DNA from: an uncultured Chloroflexia bacterium | GTDB lineage: Bacteria; Chloroflexota; Anaerolineae; CG2-30-64-16 | Assembly (NCBI GenBank): GCA_963695715.1 | Contig: CAVOHP010000014.1 | Span: 154,612-218,611, forward strand | Length of the DNA: 64,000 nucleotides | Direction: 5' to 3' | Shown: piece by piece, positions 1 to 10,716 of the stretch | Position numbering within the stretch: the first letter of the stretch is position 1 | Layout of the letters: the number at the start of each line of letters is the position of its first letter | Notes under the pieces: generated by a model | Databases searched by the model: none | Told to the model about the DNA's origin: nothing | Seen by the model: only the letters and a program-made list of their open reading frames with translations | Made by a program: the position numbers and the translations under genes

Positions 1-323
1 GAGCCACTCGCTGTCGGCCACGCGCCGCGTGCTCACGCCCACCGGGGTCCACGTTCCGAGTAGCGGTCACGCCGGCATGGGCTGGGTCATCGCCGCGTCG
101 CTGGCAGGCGATCTTCGTGCGCCAGCAGGCAGCTCCGTTCGTCGCAGCCACGACCAGCGAGAGCCTGCTCGCGCTCAAGGACCTCATCGAGGCCGGCAAG
201 GTCACTCCGGTCATCGATCGAACGTATCCGCTCGAGCGATGCACCGCCGACGCGTTCGCCTATCTGGACGAAGGTCACGCTCGCGGAAAGGTCGTCATCA
301 CTGTGCAGCATGATGATGCGTAG
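1..323 (+). CDS. Zinc-binding alcohol dehydrogenase / NADPH:quinone oxidoreductase, C-terminal fragment; 5' end lies upstream of the window
   Basis: Translation ...KVTPVIDRTYPLERCTADAFAYLDEGHARGKVVITVQ matches the C-terminal tail typical of MDR-family quinone oxidoreductases; frame stays open to the window edge. Confidence 0.55.
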   Translation, partial: ATRCRPRAACSRPPGSTFRVAVTPAWAGSSPRRWQAIFVRQQAAPFVAATTSESLLALKDLIEAGKVTPVIDRTYPLERCTADAFAYLDEGHARGKVVITVQHDDA

Positions 324-407
324 CGCCGATCACCTTGGGAGAAAGGCAGTCGAACCATGGTGGATGTGATGTAGTTTCCTGCTTCCGGCGGCCCCTGCGC
401 GCAGTGC

Positions 408-831
408 TTGGTTCGATACCCATATGGCCGCACCATTATGGGCAAGCGAATGTTCGACCAAGGCGAGCGCGCCTGGCCAGAGGAGGCTCCGTTTCACACA
501 CCGGTATACGTTCTTACCCATGAGAAACGCGAACCCTGGGTGCGCCCGGGTGAGACGACCTTCTACTTCATCAATGACGGGCCGGAGCGTGCCCTTGAGC
601 TGGCTCGGGAATCCGCAGGCAGTCGTGATATTCGTATCGCGGGTGGAGCCGATGTGATCCAGCAGTACCTGACCATGGGTGTGTTGACGAGCTGGAAATC
701 GCCTTGACGCCCGTGTTGTTCGCCGGTGGGCGGCGTCTCTTCGAGAACCTACGCGAGCCCGGGCCGCAGTTTCGCATTGATAAGGTTCTTGATGGTCCAG
801 CTGCCACACACTTGCGCTATGTGCGTCAGTG
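408..831 (+). pseudogene. Dihydrofolate reductase-family (RibD C-terminal domain) gene fragment: N-terminus missing, internal frameshift
   Basis: RTIMGKRMFDQ...IRIAGGADVIQQYL motif in one frame; it continues as DELEIALTPVLFAGGRRLFENL in another frame to the stop at 829-831; no plausible N-terminus upstream. Confidence 0.6.
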
Positions 832-1096
832 AGGGCGGCCTAACAATCGGTTGCAGCGGACGGCCCGCTGCGCGGCCTGACCGATGCGCCCGCGCAGGAA
901 GTCGCGGCCGAGCGCGCAAGGGGTCGCCACCGAGGGCTGGGGCGTGCGGCTGCTCGCGCTGCAGGGGGCCGATGGCTGGTGGGGCGGCGCGGCAACTGGA
1001 TCTAGACTGTCCCCGGTCGAGGCTGGTTCGTGCTGCTGCGCCTCTATGGTCCGCTCGAGCCGTTCTTCGAGCGGGTTCGCTTGCTCTCAAGTGAAC

Positions 1097-1297
1097 TCAT
1101 CCGCCGCTGATGAGGTGGAGCGCCTGCACTTCGGCTTCGTCGGGGATTTCCGTCGTCGCGTAGTCGGCGCGCAGCACCGCCACGCCGTTCACGCGCACGG
1201 CGATCATCTTGAATGTGAAGTTGAGCGCGTCGAGCAGGTCCTGCACGGTCATGCCGGGCCGCCACGCGACTTCGTACTGGTTGTTGACGTGAATCAT
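1097..1297 (-). CDS. ThiS/MoaD-family sulfur-carrier protein (66 aa, C-terminal GG)
   Basis: MIHVNNQYEVAWRPGMTVQDLLDALNFTFKMIAVRVNGVAVLRADYATTEIPDEAEVQALHLISGG: ubiquitin-like fold pattern with terminal Gly-Gly; ATG at 1295-1297. Confidence 0.5.
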   Translation of the reverse strand: MIHVNNQYEVAWRPGMTVQDLLDALNFTFKMIAVRVNGVAVLRADYATTEIPDEAEVQALHLISGG

Positions 1298-1600
1298 CTC
1301 AGATCGCCTCGCTACCAACCCCTCCAGACGCCCTAAGCATATCGCATGGACTTCGATTTCCGCAATCTCTAACCGATTGCGGAAACTCGGCCCCTTGCCT
1401 GGGGTCCCGGGATTCTCTCTTACCTCCATTGGCTTGCACAAGATTCGTGCATAAGTTATACTTTTCTTGTATCAATCTTGCTTGCCCAGGTGGATTGCCC
1501 GGCGATTCGGGAATCTGCTCTCTGGCGCCTGGGAAGGCTCTTCCGGTAGACTGATCTCAAGATAACGTCTGTCAGAGTCTACCAGAAAGGAACACACACT

Positions 1601-2158
1601 ATGAACTCTCGGTTATTGGGAGCTATGCTGATTGTAGGCTCGCTGGCGGTCATGCTGGCAGGGCTTCTCGGTGGAATGCCGGACACGCTTAGCACGGCAG
1701 ACCACATCGCCTACGTCCTGTGGGGCGTCGGCGGCATCGCCGGCGTCGTCGGTTTGATCCAGCTGAACGCCCTGGGAACGAACGCTACAATCCGCGCTAC
1801 GGGGTCCCTCCCGATCATCGGCTTCGTCGCTTTCATCCTGGCCGACGGGCTGAGCCTGCTCACGAGCGGACTCGAGAAAACGGTATACGATGCCCTGATT
1901 AGTTTCGGTTGGATCGCGATTCTGGGCGGTATGTTGGTGGTCGGGATCCTGACTCTCGCCGCGAAGAGTTGGCACGGTTGGCGGCGCTTCACGCCGCTGC
2001 TCACGGTGATGATGATGCCGATGGCGTTTGTGATCGGCGACGCCATTGGCAACCTCGCCGTTGGAGGGACGATTGCGTACTCGTGCTGGGTACTGCTAGG
2101 CCTCGTCATCGCCACCACCGAACCGGCGCAGACTGTCCCGCAGATCGCAACGGCGTGA
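1601..2158 (+). CDS. Hypothetical polytopic membrane protein (185 aa)
   Basis: AAAGGA ribosome-binding site 8 nt upstream of the ATG; 5-6 hydrophobic helices; no recognisable motif. Confidence 0.55.
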   Translation: MNSRLLGAMLIVGSLAVMLAGLLGGMPDTLSTADHIAYVLWGVGGIAGVVGLIQLNALGTNATIRATGSLPIIGFVAFILADGLSLLTSGLEKTVYDALISFGWIAILGGMLVVGILTLAAKSWHGWRRFTPLLTVMMMPMAFVIGDAIGNLAVGGTIAYSCWVLLGLVIATTEPAQTVPQIATA

Positions 2159-2234
2159 CGGGGACGGCTACACACCTTGTAGACTTCCGAAGTCTGGCAG
2201 ACTTCGGAAGTCTCTGTCGTCCGAGTGAGGTAGC

Positions 2235-4326
2235 GTGACGACCCAGATCGCCGCCAGAACCCTTGGGAACTCCCTGACCACCGGCCGCCGTGTACAAGCG
2301 GCCTGGTTGGCCTTCCTGTTGCTGGCGCTCAGCCTGGCGCTGCCCGGCATCGCTCCCTATCGTCAGCTCTTGCAGACGGTCTGCACCGGAGACGGCTGCA
2401 TCACGGGCCAGTTGTCGCCGCAGGAGGCCTGGAGCATCACCGAGTCTGGAGACACCCTGCTTGAGTACGCCGACCTGGCGCTCATGGTTTACCTCTTCGC
2501 CGCTGTGCTGGCCCTGATCACGGCAGGCTATCTGATCTGGCGCAAGTCGGCCTACCCCCCGGCTGCGTCCATGGGCTTCGCGCTCGCGGCGCTGAGCGCC
2601 GCCACCCTGGCTCAGGCCGCCGCGACGACCTATCCCGCGCTGCACCTCCCGGCGCAGTTGATCGGGATCGTTCCGATAGCTGCTGCAACGCTGTCCTTCT
2701 GTCTCATCCCCGACGGTCGCTTTCACCCTGGCTGGCTGCGGTGGGGCGTGCCGGCGGCGATGACAGCCGGGGCCCTGGCAACACTTGGAGTGTTCGGCGC
2801 CGCCATGGTGGCCGCGATCCAAGTGGGGATCGCGGCGCTGATCGTGGGCAGCCTGATCACCCGCTACCGCTCACTGCCGTCCTCGCCGCAGCAAGAGCAA
2901 GTTACTTGGGCGCTGGCAGCCTTCGCGTTGTTCGCAGGCGTACAATGGATCGGCAGACCGCTGCAATGGCTGCCTCTACCCGCACTGCCCGTGTCAGCAT
3001 TCCCGCTGACGTACAACATGTTCATGATCGTGTTCGGGCTGCTGTTGTTCATCGGCGGTCTGACCTGCGTCGCCGTGGCGCTTCTGGGCGATGAGTTGTT
3101 TCGGGTCGAAGTTGCGCTGAATCGCGCCCTGGTGTATAGCCTGCTCACCCTCTTCGTGATCGGCGGGTATGCGCTGGTCGTAGGCTACCTGTCATTGGTA
3201 TTCCAGTCACAAGGCAGCCTGTGGTTCTCGCTGATCGCCACCGGACTGGTGGCGGTGCTCTTCCAGCCGATCCGGGTGCGCGTGCAACGCGCGGTGGACC
3301 GGCTGCTCTACGGCGAGCGGGACGATCCCTATAAGGTCGTCGCCCAGTTCGGGCAGCGCCTCGAGGATACGTTGGAACCGGGCGCCATTCCGACCGCCAT
3401 CGCGGAGACCGTGCGGGCGTCATTGCACCTGCCCTATGCCGCCCTCACCCTGGAACTGAATGGAGCGACTGAGATGCTCGCTGAAAGCGGCGCCTCGGCA
3501 TCTGAGCTGATCTGTTTCCCGCTGATCAACCAGGGCGCGACGGTGGGCAATTTGCTGGTCAGTCCTCGGCGCGGCGATGCGGGGCTGAACGCCGCAGACC
3601 GCGCCCTGCTCACCGACCTGGCGCTGCAGGCGGGTGTCGCGATCCACGGCGTTCGCCTGCTGAACGACCTGCAGCAGTCACGCGAACGATTGGTGCTGGC
3701 GAGAGAGGAGGAGCGCCGCCGTCTGCGACGCGACCTCCACGATGATCTCGCGCCGACACTGGCAGGACTATCATTACGCGCCGGCGCGATCAGCGATTTG
3801 ATTCTGACGGATCCGATCAAAGCGCAAGGCCTCGCAGACGGCCTGGTCTCAGCGATCCGCGACGCCGTGGGCGACATTCGGAGACTCGTCTATGACCTGC
3901 GCCCGCCGGCGCTGGATGACCTGGGACTGCTGGGAGCCATCCGCGAGCGCGCGGCCGATTACAGCCTGGGGTCTGCCGGCGCGCCCGGGCTGACGGGTGG
4001 ATGTGGATTTACCGGATAGGCTGCCGCTATTGCCTGCGGCCGTCGAGGTTGCGGCCTACCGGATCACTCAGGAAGCACTGATGAACGTCATCAGGCACGC
4101 CCAGGCTCACAACTGTCACGTTCGGGTGACGCTGACGGATGCGCTGACCATCGCGATAGAGGACGATGGCGTCGGCCTGTCAGGACCACGTACGGCAGGC
4201 GTAGGACTCCGCTCCATCCAGGAACGCGTCGCCGAGTTGGGCGGCGAATGCAAGATCACATCGGGCGTAGAGGGCGGCACAAGCATTGTGGTGCGCCTGC
4301 CGGTCGCGCAGAGGCAAAGCAAATGA
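2235..4326 (+). CDS. Sensor histidine kinase, NarL/HisKA_3 type, with large N-terminal multi-TM domain; split by one frameshift near 3990
   Basis: GTG start; 8+ TM helices; H-box LHDDLAPTLAGL; second ORF carries the HATPase_c domain (VAAYRITQEALMNVIRHAQA...DDGVGL). The expected GL-VDVDLPDR junction is broken by one extra G in acgGGGtgg (3994-3997). Confidence 0.8.
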
Positions 4327-4976
4327 CACAGCTCCGTATCTTGATCGCCGACGATCATCCCGTTTTCCGAGACGGCTTGCGGGCGGTGCTGGAAGCCACA
4401 TCCGGCGTCGAGGTCGTCGGCGAGGCGAAAACAGGGGAAGAAGCTGTTACTATGGTGGAAGAACTCTGCCCCGATTTAGTTATGATGGATGTGCAGATGC
4501 CCGGAATCAACGGCATCGAGGCAACGCGGCGGATCGCTCGCAATTGCTCCGAAACGCGCGTACTCATCGTTACGATGTTCGAGGATGATGCGACGGTGTT
4601 CACGGCCATGCGGGCCGGCGCGCGCGGCTACATCCTCAAGGACGCAGAGAAGGAGGAAATCCGCCGCGCCATTGAAGCAGTAGGCAACGGCGAGGCGATC
4701 TTCAGCCCGGCCATCGCCGCTCGCCTCATCGCTTACTTCGCCAGTCCGCATCTGACCATGCCACAGCAGACGTTTCCGGAGCTCACCGCACGCGACCGCG
4801 AGATCCTGGACCTGATCGCTCGCGGCGAGAATAACGGCAAGATCGCCGATCTGTTGGGGCTGAGCACCAAGACGGTCAGCAATTACGTCTCGACGATCCT
4901 GAACAAGCTGCAAGTGGCCGACCGCTCCGAGGCGATCGTGCGGGCGAAAGACGCAGGCTTCGGCAGCGCACCCTGA
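4323..4976 (+). CDS. Response regulator, NarL/FixJ family (REC + LuxR HTH)
   Basis: MTQLRILIADDHPVFRDGL...VLIVTMFEDD receiver domain; C-terminal LTARDREILDLIARGENNGKIADLLGLSTKTVSNYVSTILNKL; ATGA overlap with the kinase stop suggests translational coupling. Confidence 0.9.
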   Translation: MTQLRILIADDHPVFRDGLRAVLEATSGVEVVGEAKTGEEAVTMVEELCPDLVMMDVQMPGINGIEATRRIARNCSETRVLIVTMFEDDATVFTAMRAGARGYILKDAEKEEIRRAIEAVGNGEAIFSPAIAARLIAYFASPHLTMPQQTFPELTARDREILDLIARGENNGKIADLLGLSTKTVSNYVSTILNKLQVADRSEAIVRAKDAGFGSAP

Positions 4977-5085
4977 CCGCATGGAGACTCCCGAAACCTG
5001 GATTATGGATTTACGCCGCGCCCGAAGAGATGTTATCCTCAGCTACCATTCAAGTCAACTGTCTCAGAACACGCGAGGTAAACCA

Positions 5086-6163
5086 ATGACCGAATCGGAC
5101 GGCGCGGTATTTCCGGGCGCAGAGTGGGAGCCGGCGACGCCGGAGTCGCAGGGCGTGGACACGGCCGGCATCGCGGCCGCGCACGCATACCTCGAAGAGA
5201 TGATGGGAGAGAGCAGCACGCGGGAGACGACGATCATCCGGCATGGCCGCCTGATCTGGGAAGGGCCGGACAGCCGGGAAATGCACGGCGTGTGGTCGGT
5301 CACCAAATCGTTCACGAGCACCTGCCTCGGCCTGTTGGCCGACGACGGCCGGTGTGGGCTGGGCACGCCCGCGCACGAGTTCGCGCCGGAACTCGACGCG
5401 GATTATCCTGATGTGACGTTGCGCCACTTCACCACCATGACCAGCGGCTATCGCGCGGTGGGGGATGAGCCGCGTAACGGTTACCTGCACGGCCCCAGCC
5501 TGACGCCCTTCGATCCCAGCCCACAGCCGCTGTTCACCCCGCCCGGCAGCCACTATGCTTACTGGGATTCGGCCATGAACACCTTCGCCTGGGTGCTGAC
5601 GCGCATCGCGCGCGAACCGCTGGAGACGCTGTTCCGGCGGCGCATCGCCGACCCGATCGGCATGAACCCGGCGGAGTGGCGCTGGGGCGTGATCGAAAAA
5701 CGCGACGGGATCGCGGTCAACGGCGGGTCGGGTAACATGAACAAGCACGTCTTCATTTCGGCGCGGACGCTGGCGCGGCTGGGGCTGCTCTTCCTGCAAC
5801 GCGGCGTCTGGGATGGCCGCCGCCTGTTGAGCGCCGACTGGGTAGACGCGGCGACGCGGGTGCAAGTGCCCGCCTCGACTGCCGCTGGGCCACCCGGAGA
5901 GCGGCATTGATGGGCGCGGGGTCTATGGGTTCAACTGGTGGACGAATGATCTCCAACCCAACGGGGCGCGCCCCTTCCCCGATGCGCCGGCGGGGACGTA
6001 TCTGGCCCGCGGCAAGTTCGACAATATGTTGTTCGTGATCCCCGAATGGGATATGGTGGTGACGCGCCTGGGGCTGGCGGGCAATGCGCCCGATCACGTG
6101 TGGAACGGTTATCTGAAGCGGATCGGCGCGGCTATAAGCCTGGCATCACATAGAAGGTCGTGA
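5086..6163 (+). CDS. Beta-lactamase-family serine hydrolase, split by a frameshift near 5890-5910
   Basis: SVTKS (S-x-x-K) motif; downstream frame continues GIDGRGVYGFNWWTND...IPEWDMVVTRLG, as typical for the family, to the stop at 6161-6163. Confidence 0.7.
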
Positions 6164-6363
6164 CTCAGGGATTCCTGAGCGCATCATCGTGTACGCCGAC
6201 ATTGCGCAACAGGATCGTATCGTCGTGTAGTTCAAAAGTCAGCCGCAATGAGTCGCCTGCAGGGGCTTCCCCCTGCTGCCCGCCGGCAAGGACGCGCCTT
6301 GGACACCCACGAAGAGGCTCCGGGATCTGCGCAGACCCCGGAGACCTTCTTCGCCGGTTCAGC

Positions 6364-8118
6364 TCACGGTATTGTCAGCCCGCGTTCGGGGCGGCTGAAG
6401 GTGTGGCACCAGACACAGTCATAGCGTTTGTCGGTGACGTGTTTGTTGTGCAGATCATTGAACGGCTTCCTTTCCTCCAGGCGGTGGCACTGCGTGCAGA
6501 CGGTCGCCTCATCGCCTTTGAGAACGTAGCCTAGCTCCGGCAAGTTCATCCGCGCCGTATTCTCGTGGCAGTCCGCGCACCTCAAGGCGCTGTCCTTCGG
6601 CCCGACGCCATGGGTGATCAACTGTTCGGCAGTCGTGTTGACCCAGCTATAGCTGCCGTTCAGATTCATGAAGGCTACGCCCCGGGCCGCAGCTTCCTCA
6701 TACTTGCCTGTCATGAAGTTCCACAGCACGTCATACTGCACCATACGTCCACTGGCATCATGGCGCGGCTGGACCGCCTCGTGCAACTTGATCGGATATA
6801 ACTTGCTGCCGTCTTCGTCAATGCTACCGTTGGCCTTGGCCATCGCGTACGTGCCATCCGGCTGCGCGGAGACTGACTGCGCCAGGTCATAAACATAGCT
6901 CGTGCCATTCCAGAAGGTATATCGCGGCACGACGTTGCTCGCCTTGACTTCTTCCCCCACCCACGCGCCCTGTCCGCTGCAACCGGCAGGATTCCAAACG
7001 GGGTGCCTCCAATCGCGCGACAACTCGGTCGGCATGTCTTTCGCGAATGTGGGAACGTGGCATGTCTGGCAAGCAACTCGGTCAGTATGTCTATTCAATT
7101 CGGCATTGCCGTGAGGCTTCGCCCCGTGGCAGTCTGCGCAAGACTTGACCGCTCCCCCTTCGGAGATACGCAAGTCAATCCCTTTGCCGGGGATCTGGTG
7201 ATCGGTGGTTACGTGACATGCCTGGCAGGTGAAGTTCGCGCCTTGCGGCGACATGTGAACATCGGAGGTCAACGATGGATTGATGAGCGCCGTGCTCATG
7301 TCGCCGCGCTTCGCGCCGTCCGAGCCGCCCGCCGTGGCATGGCACCGCAGACAGGTCGCACGTGTCGGGAGATGGACGTTCTGAGCTAGCTGCGCCATAG
7401 TCGTCCCCGCCGGCATCAGGTCGAAGCGGGGCTGCATGGTGTAGTTTCCCTCGGCATTCTTGCGCGGGGTCATGTAGGTTTTCTGGTTGCCCTGCCAATC
7501 GGTGACTGTGAGCGGGATGTCCAGCGGTTGCAACGAGCGCCGATACGTGTCGCTGTGGCATATCAGGCAATCCACATCGTTGACGGTCTGATTGGTCACC
7601 TTACCGGTGCTGGCGTGGCATGAGAGACAGGCGTATTCGGCCGGTTGGGGCGCGGTGCAGTAGGTATTCACCTGTGCCCACTTGCCGTCCCACTTCATGT
7701 GCTCAGAGTGCAGCGCGTCATTCGCTTCCTGGGTGTGGCAGGCGACGCAGGTCTGCGGGCCTTCGTAGTTCGTGATGTTCTGATGTGGTTGGGCCGGATC
7801 CGGTGTCAGGGATGGCGCCGGCGTGGGCATCGAAGTCGGTGTCGGCGACGCTGTCGGAGGCGGTGTCGCTGTGGCCGTCGGAGGCGATGTTGGTGTAGGC
7901 AATGGTGTCGGTGTGCGCGACGGTGTCTGTGAAGGCGTCGCTGTCGAGATTGAGGTTTGAGTGGCTGTCGGGGTCGCCGATGCGAGCGGCGTCCTGGTGG
8001 GGCGTCTCGTCGGCTTGGCCCGCTGGGCCAAAACCGGCGCCGGCTGTACAAACAGCACGATTGCCATCAACAGGATCAATGGGGTGACTGCAACTCGAGC
8101 GCGCATTCTTTCCTCCAT
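6364..8118 (-). CDS. Decahaem c-type cytochrome with signal peptide and Pro/Thr-rich linker (intact, 584 aa)
   Basis: Ten CxxCH motifs (CVACH, CLSCH, CLICH, CLRCH, CQACH, CADCH, CQTCH, CADCH, CTQCH, CVWCH); N-terminal hydrophobic signal; TPTPLPTPTSPPTATATPPPTASPTPTSMPTPAPSLTP linker. Confidence 0.85.
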   Translation of the reverse strand: MEERMRARVAVTPLILLMAIVLFVQPAPVLAQRAKPTRRPTRTPLASATPTATQTSISTATPSQTPSRTPTPLPTPTSPPTATATPPPTASPTPTSMPTPAPSLTPDPAQPHQNITNYEGPQTCVACHTQEANDALHSEHMKWDGKWAQVNTYCTAPQPAEYACLSCHASTGKVTNQTVNDVDCLICHSDTYRRSLQPLDIPLTVTDWQGNQKTYMTPRKNAEGNYTMQPRFDLMPAGTTMAQLAQNVHLPTRATCLRCHATAGGSDGAKRGDMSTALINPSLTSDVHMSPQGANFTCQACHVTTDHQIPGKGIDLRISEGGAVKSCADCHGAKPHGNAELNRHTDRVACQTCHVPTFAKDMPTELSRDWRHPVWNPAGCSGQGAWVGEEVKASNVVPRYTFWNGTSYVYDLAQSVSAQPDGTYAMAKANGSIDEDGSKLYPIKLHEAVQPRHDASGRMVQYDVLWNFMTGKYEEAAARGVAFMNLNGSYSWVNTTAEQLITHGVGPKDSALRCADCHENTARMNLPELGYVLKGDEATVCTQCHRLEERKPFNDLHNKHVTDKRYDCVWCHTFSRPERGLTIP

Positions 8119-8217
8119 TGTTGGGTGGGATTCCGATCCGCTACGCTACAGCGCTCACAACGTGAAAGCAGGGGACATTCTGTAGCTCGATCGGATTTAA
8201 CGGCGTGATTCCAGCCG

Positions 8218-8233
8218 TGTACCTATAGGTACA
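8218..8233. promoter_or_regulatory. Perfect 16-bp palindrome TGTACCTATAGGTACA about 100 bp upstream of the decahaem cytochrome start; an extra GGTAC half-site at 8243-8250
   Basis: Read directly from the sequence: candidate operator. Confidence 0.4.
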
Positions 8234-8319
8234 GAGTATCATTAGGTACGCTGATGGACAAATCTGGAAAGGACCGAAGAGGCGGGCTATGGAGGGAAGG
8301 CGAGGATTCCCCCCAGGCC

Positions 8320-8334
8320 TGTGACTGAGTCACA
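8320..8334. promoter_or_regulatory. 15-bp palindrome TGTGACTgAGTCACA (CRP/FNR-like half-sites but with a 5-nt spacer) about 200 bp upstream of the cytochrome
   Basis: Read directly from the sequence; spacing is not canonical for CRP (N6). Confidence 0.3.
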
Positions 8335-8364
8335 AGCCCAGGGGGAATTCGCGGGGAGGAATCT

Positions 8365-10537
8365 CAGCTATGCGCTTCTACCAGGGCGACCACGTCCGGG
8401 AAGTCGATGCCCAGCTCGTGCAGCTTCTCCACCGTCGGGATGCCGTTCGCGTTCCAGCCGCGGCGCTCGTAGACCGCGTCGCAGAGTTCTGGTATTGATC
8501 CTCGCGATAGGCGCGCAGCGCGGCGATCTTCTCGGCGTGGTCATGCCTGACGGATCAATGCCGACCTTCTCGCGCAGTTGCTTGTCGTAGCGCTCGACGC
8601 GGCTCTCGTATTCCTCGACTGTCACCGGCCCGGCGGAGCGATAGGGGATGCGATCGTGCCGGCGCGTGCCGAAGCCCATCCGCAGGTTGAAGACGCGCTG
8701 GAAGTTGTAGACCCGCTCGGACATGGTGATCAGGTCTTCTTTGGTCACCTCCACGCCCGGTGATGCCGGAGAAGAGCGCCGACGTAGTTCGCCACATGCT
8801 CCGGCACCTTCGCCGGCTCATCGGTGAGCGCGTTGTCCACCGGCTCGATGTCGTTCCACGGCAGCTTGCACAGCCCGTTCAGCCCGAACCAGGTGCGCCA
8901 CATCGGGAAGTAGTGCAGCGCCTCGGCCTTGTCTTCGAAGGTCGGGAATCTGGTTGTTCACCATGTCCATGAAGATCAGCCAGGCCTCGTCGTGCTGCGC
9001 GCCCTTGTTGGTCATGCCGTAGCCGCCCTGCTGCGCCAGGCTCTCCTTGGTCATGTACTCGCGAGTATTCCATCCCCTTGTTTTCCATGCCGATGTCCTC
9101 GAGGAACGCCGGATCGGCGCCGTAGTGCTCGGCGAAGTAGGTCCTTCATCGCGCGGACGCCCATGCCCGGCGATCAGGCCGAAGCCGCTCGCCCGCCGCC
9201 ATTCGATGCAGCAGCGTCGATCGCCGCGTCGGCGTTGCCGAAGCGCAGCTCCAGCCCGCCGGTCTTCTCCAGGTCCAGGATGCCCGCCTCGAAGCACTCC
9301 ATGACGAACGCGGTCAGCGTGCCGAAGGAGATCGAGTCGATGCCGTAGGTGTCGCAGTAGAAGTTCAGCTCGATGATGTCGGGCGGGTTGAAGATGCCCA
9401 GGTTCGAGCCGCAGCCCGCCACCGTCTCGTACTCCGGCCCGTCCACGGTGACGCACTGCGCCGCGATACGGCCCGGTGCGCAGCACGAAGCGATCCACCC
9501 CCTTCGAGCACGCCATGGTGCAGCCGTAGAAGCAGGCGTCGGGGATGCCCTGCGTGAAAGGTCGTCCCACACCGTGTGAGTTGATCTTCGGCGCGTCCGG
9601 ATGGGAGCCGAAGCTGAAATTGTGAACCGGCAACAGGTCGTAATCGTCCATGATCTCGACCAGGTGCGCGGTGCCCACGCGGCGCATCCGGTTCTGCTCG
9701 TCGTCGAGATCGGCGATCTCCTTGTTGATGCGTTGGCCTACGGCGCGGATGCGTTTGAGATCGGCCGGGTCGTTGGAGTCGGCCTTCAGCCGGTGTAGCG
9801 GCAGACGATGGCTTTGATTTTCTTGTCGCGCAGCACCGTGCCCAGCCCGCCGCGGCCCGGCCTGCTTGATGCGCGCCGTGCCGCGCCGCAGATCGTACCA
9901 GCTCACGTTGAGGCAGCCGATGCGCGTATGCTCGCTGCCCTGCCCGGCGGAGACCACCGACATGTTGCGCCTGTCGGCTTCGTCCTTCGCGTACATCGCC
10001 GTCAGCTGCTCGCCGATGAGGTGGGAATCCACGGCTTCGAGGGGCGCCGTCCTCGATGGTGACGCGCCCGGTGTCGCCGTCGATGACGAGGATCACGTCT
10101 TCGTCGGCTTTGCCCTGGACCTCCAGCGCGTCCCAGCCGGCGAACTTGAGCAAGCGGGCCGAAGTAGCCGCCGACGTTGCTGTCCACGACGATGTGGGTC
10201 AGCGGCGAGATGGCGACCACCAGCGATTTGCCCGTGCCCGGATAGAGCACCGTGCCGCCGATGGGGCCGGAGGCGATCACGATTTCGTTTTCGGGGTCAT
10301 TCCACTGGGTCTCGTCGCGTCACGGCGTGCCACAACCGCCACAGCCCGAACCCCTTGCCGCCGACGAAGATGTCGCTTCATCTCGTCGGTGACGGGTCGA
10401 GCTTCGATATGGCCGGTGGCGAGATTGACGTAGAGGGTTTGCCCGGCGTAGCCGCGATGCACCTTGGGGACCGCGTAGAGATATTCCGACGTAATGTAAT
10501 GCGCCGTCTTCAATTCCTGGATTGCTTCAAGGGTCAT
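8365..10537 (-). pseudogene. Aldehyde:ferredoxin oxidoreductase (tungsten AOR family) gene split by several frame changes
   Basis: AOR-like segments in successive frames: GYAGQTLYVNLATGHIE (N-terminus, AGGAGG RBS), ASGPIGGTVLYPGTGKSLVVAISPLT, LKFAGWDALEVQGKADEDVIL, DGPEYETVAGCGSNLGIFNPPDIIELNFYCDTYGIDSISFGT, QGGYGMTNKGAQHDEA, ITMSERVYNFQRVFNLRMGF...LVEAHS*. Several frame changes within ~2.2 kb. Confidence 0.75.
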
Positions 10538-10716
10538 CTTTGACGCCTCCTGATGAGTTTTCCCATGACCCCATTCTCGCGCTATCCGAGGCCAACAGTC
10601 CATGACCGGCGTCATGGCCGCGAACGGGGCCGGTCAAGCGGGGAATGAAAAGAGCCGACGATTTCTCGTCGGCCCCTTCGATGATCTCAGGCGGGATCAA
10701 GTACGAACGGAATCGA

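Noticed and set aside
1298-1450. Possible TPP (THI-box) riboswitch upstream of the ThiS-like gene
   Set aside because: The candidate UAGAGA lies in a hairpin loop rather than the J3-2 junction, and the P4/P5 pyrophosphate-sensing consensus (GAACCUGAUC-GG-UAAUACC-GCG-AGGGA) is absent.
5050-5907. 285-aa minus-strand ORF
   Set aside because: Antisense to the beta-lactamase-family gene, which carries the SxxK motif.
8320-8334. CRP/FNR-type binding site TGTGA...TCACA
   Set aside because: The spacer is 5 nt, not the canonical 6, so it is reported only as a generic palindrome.
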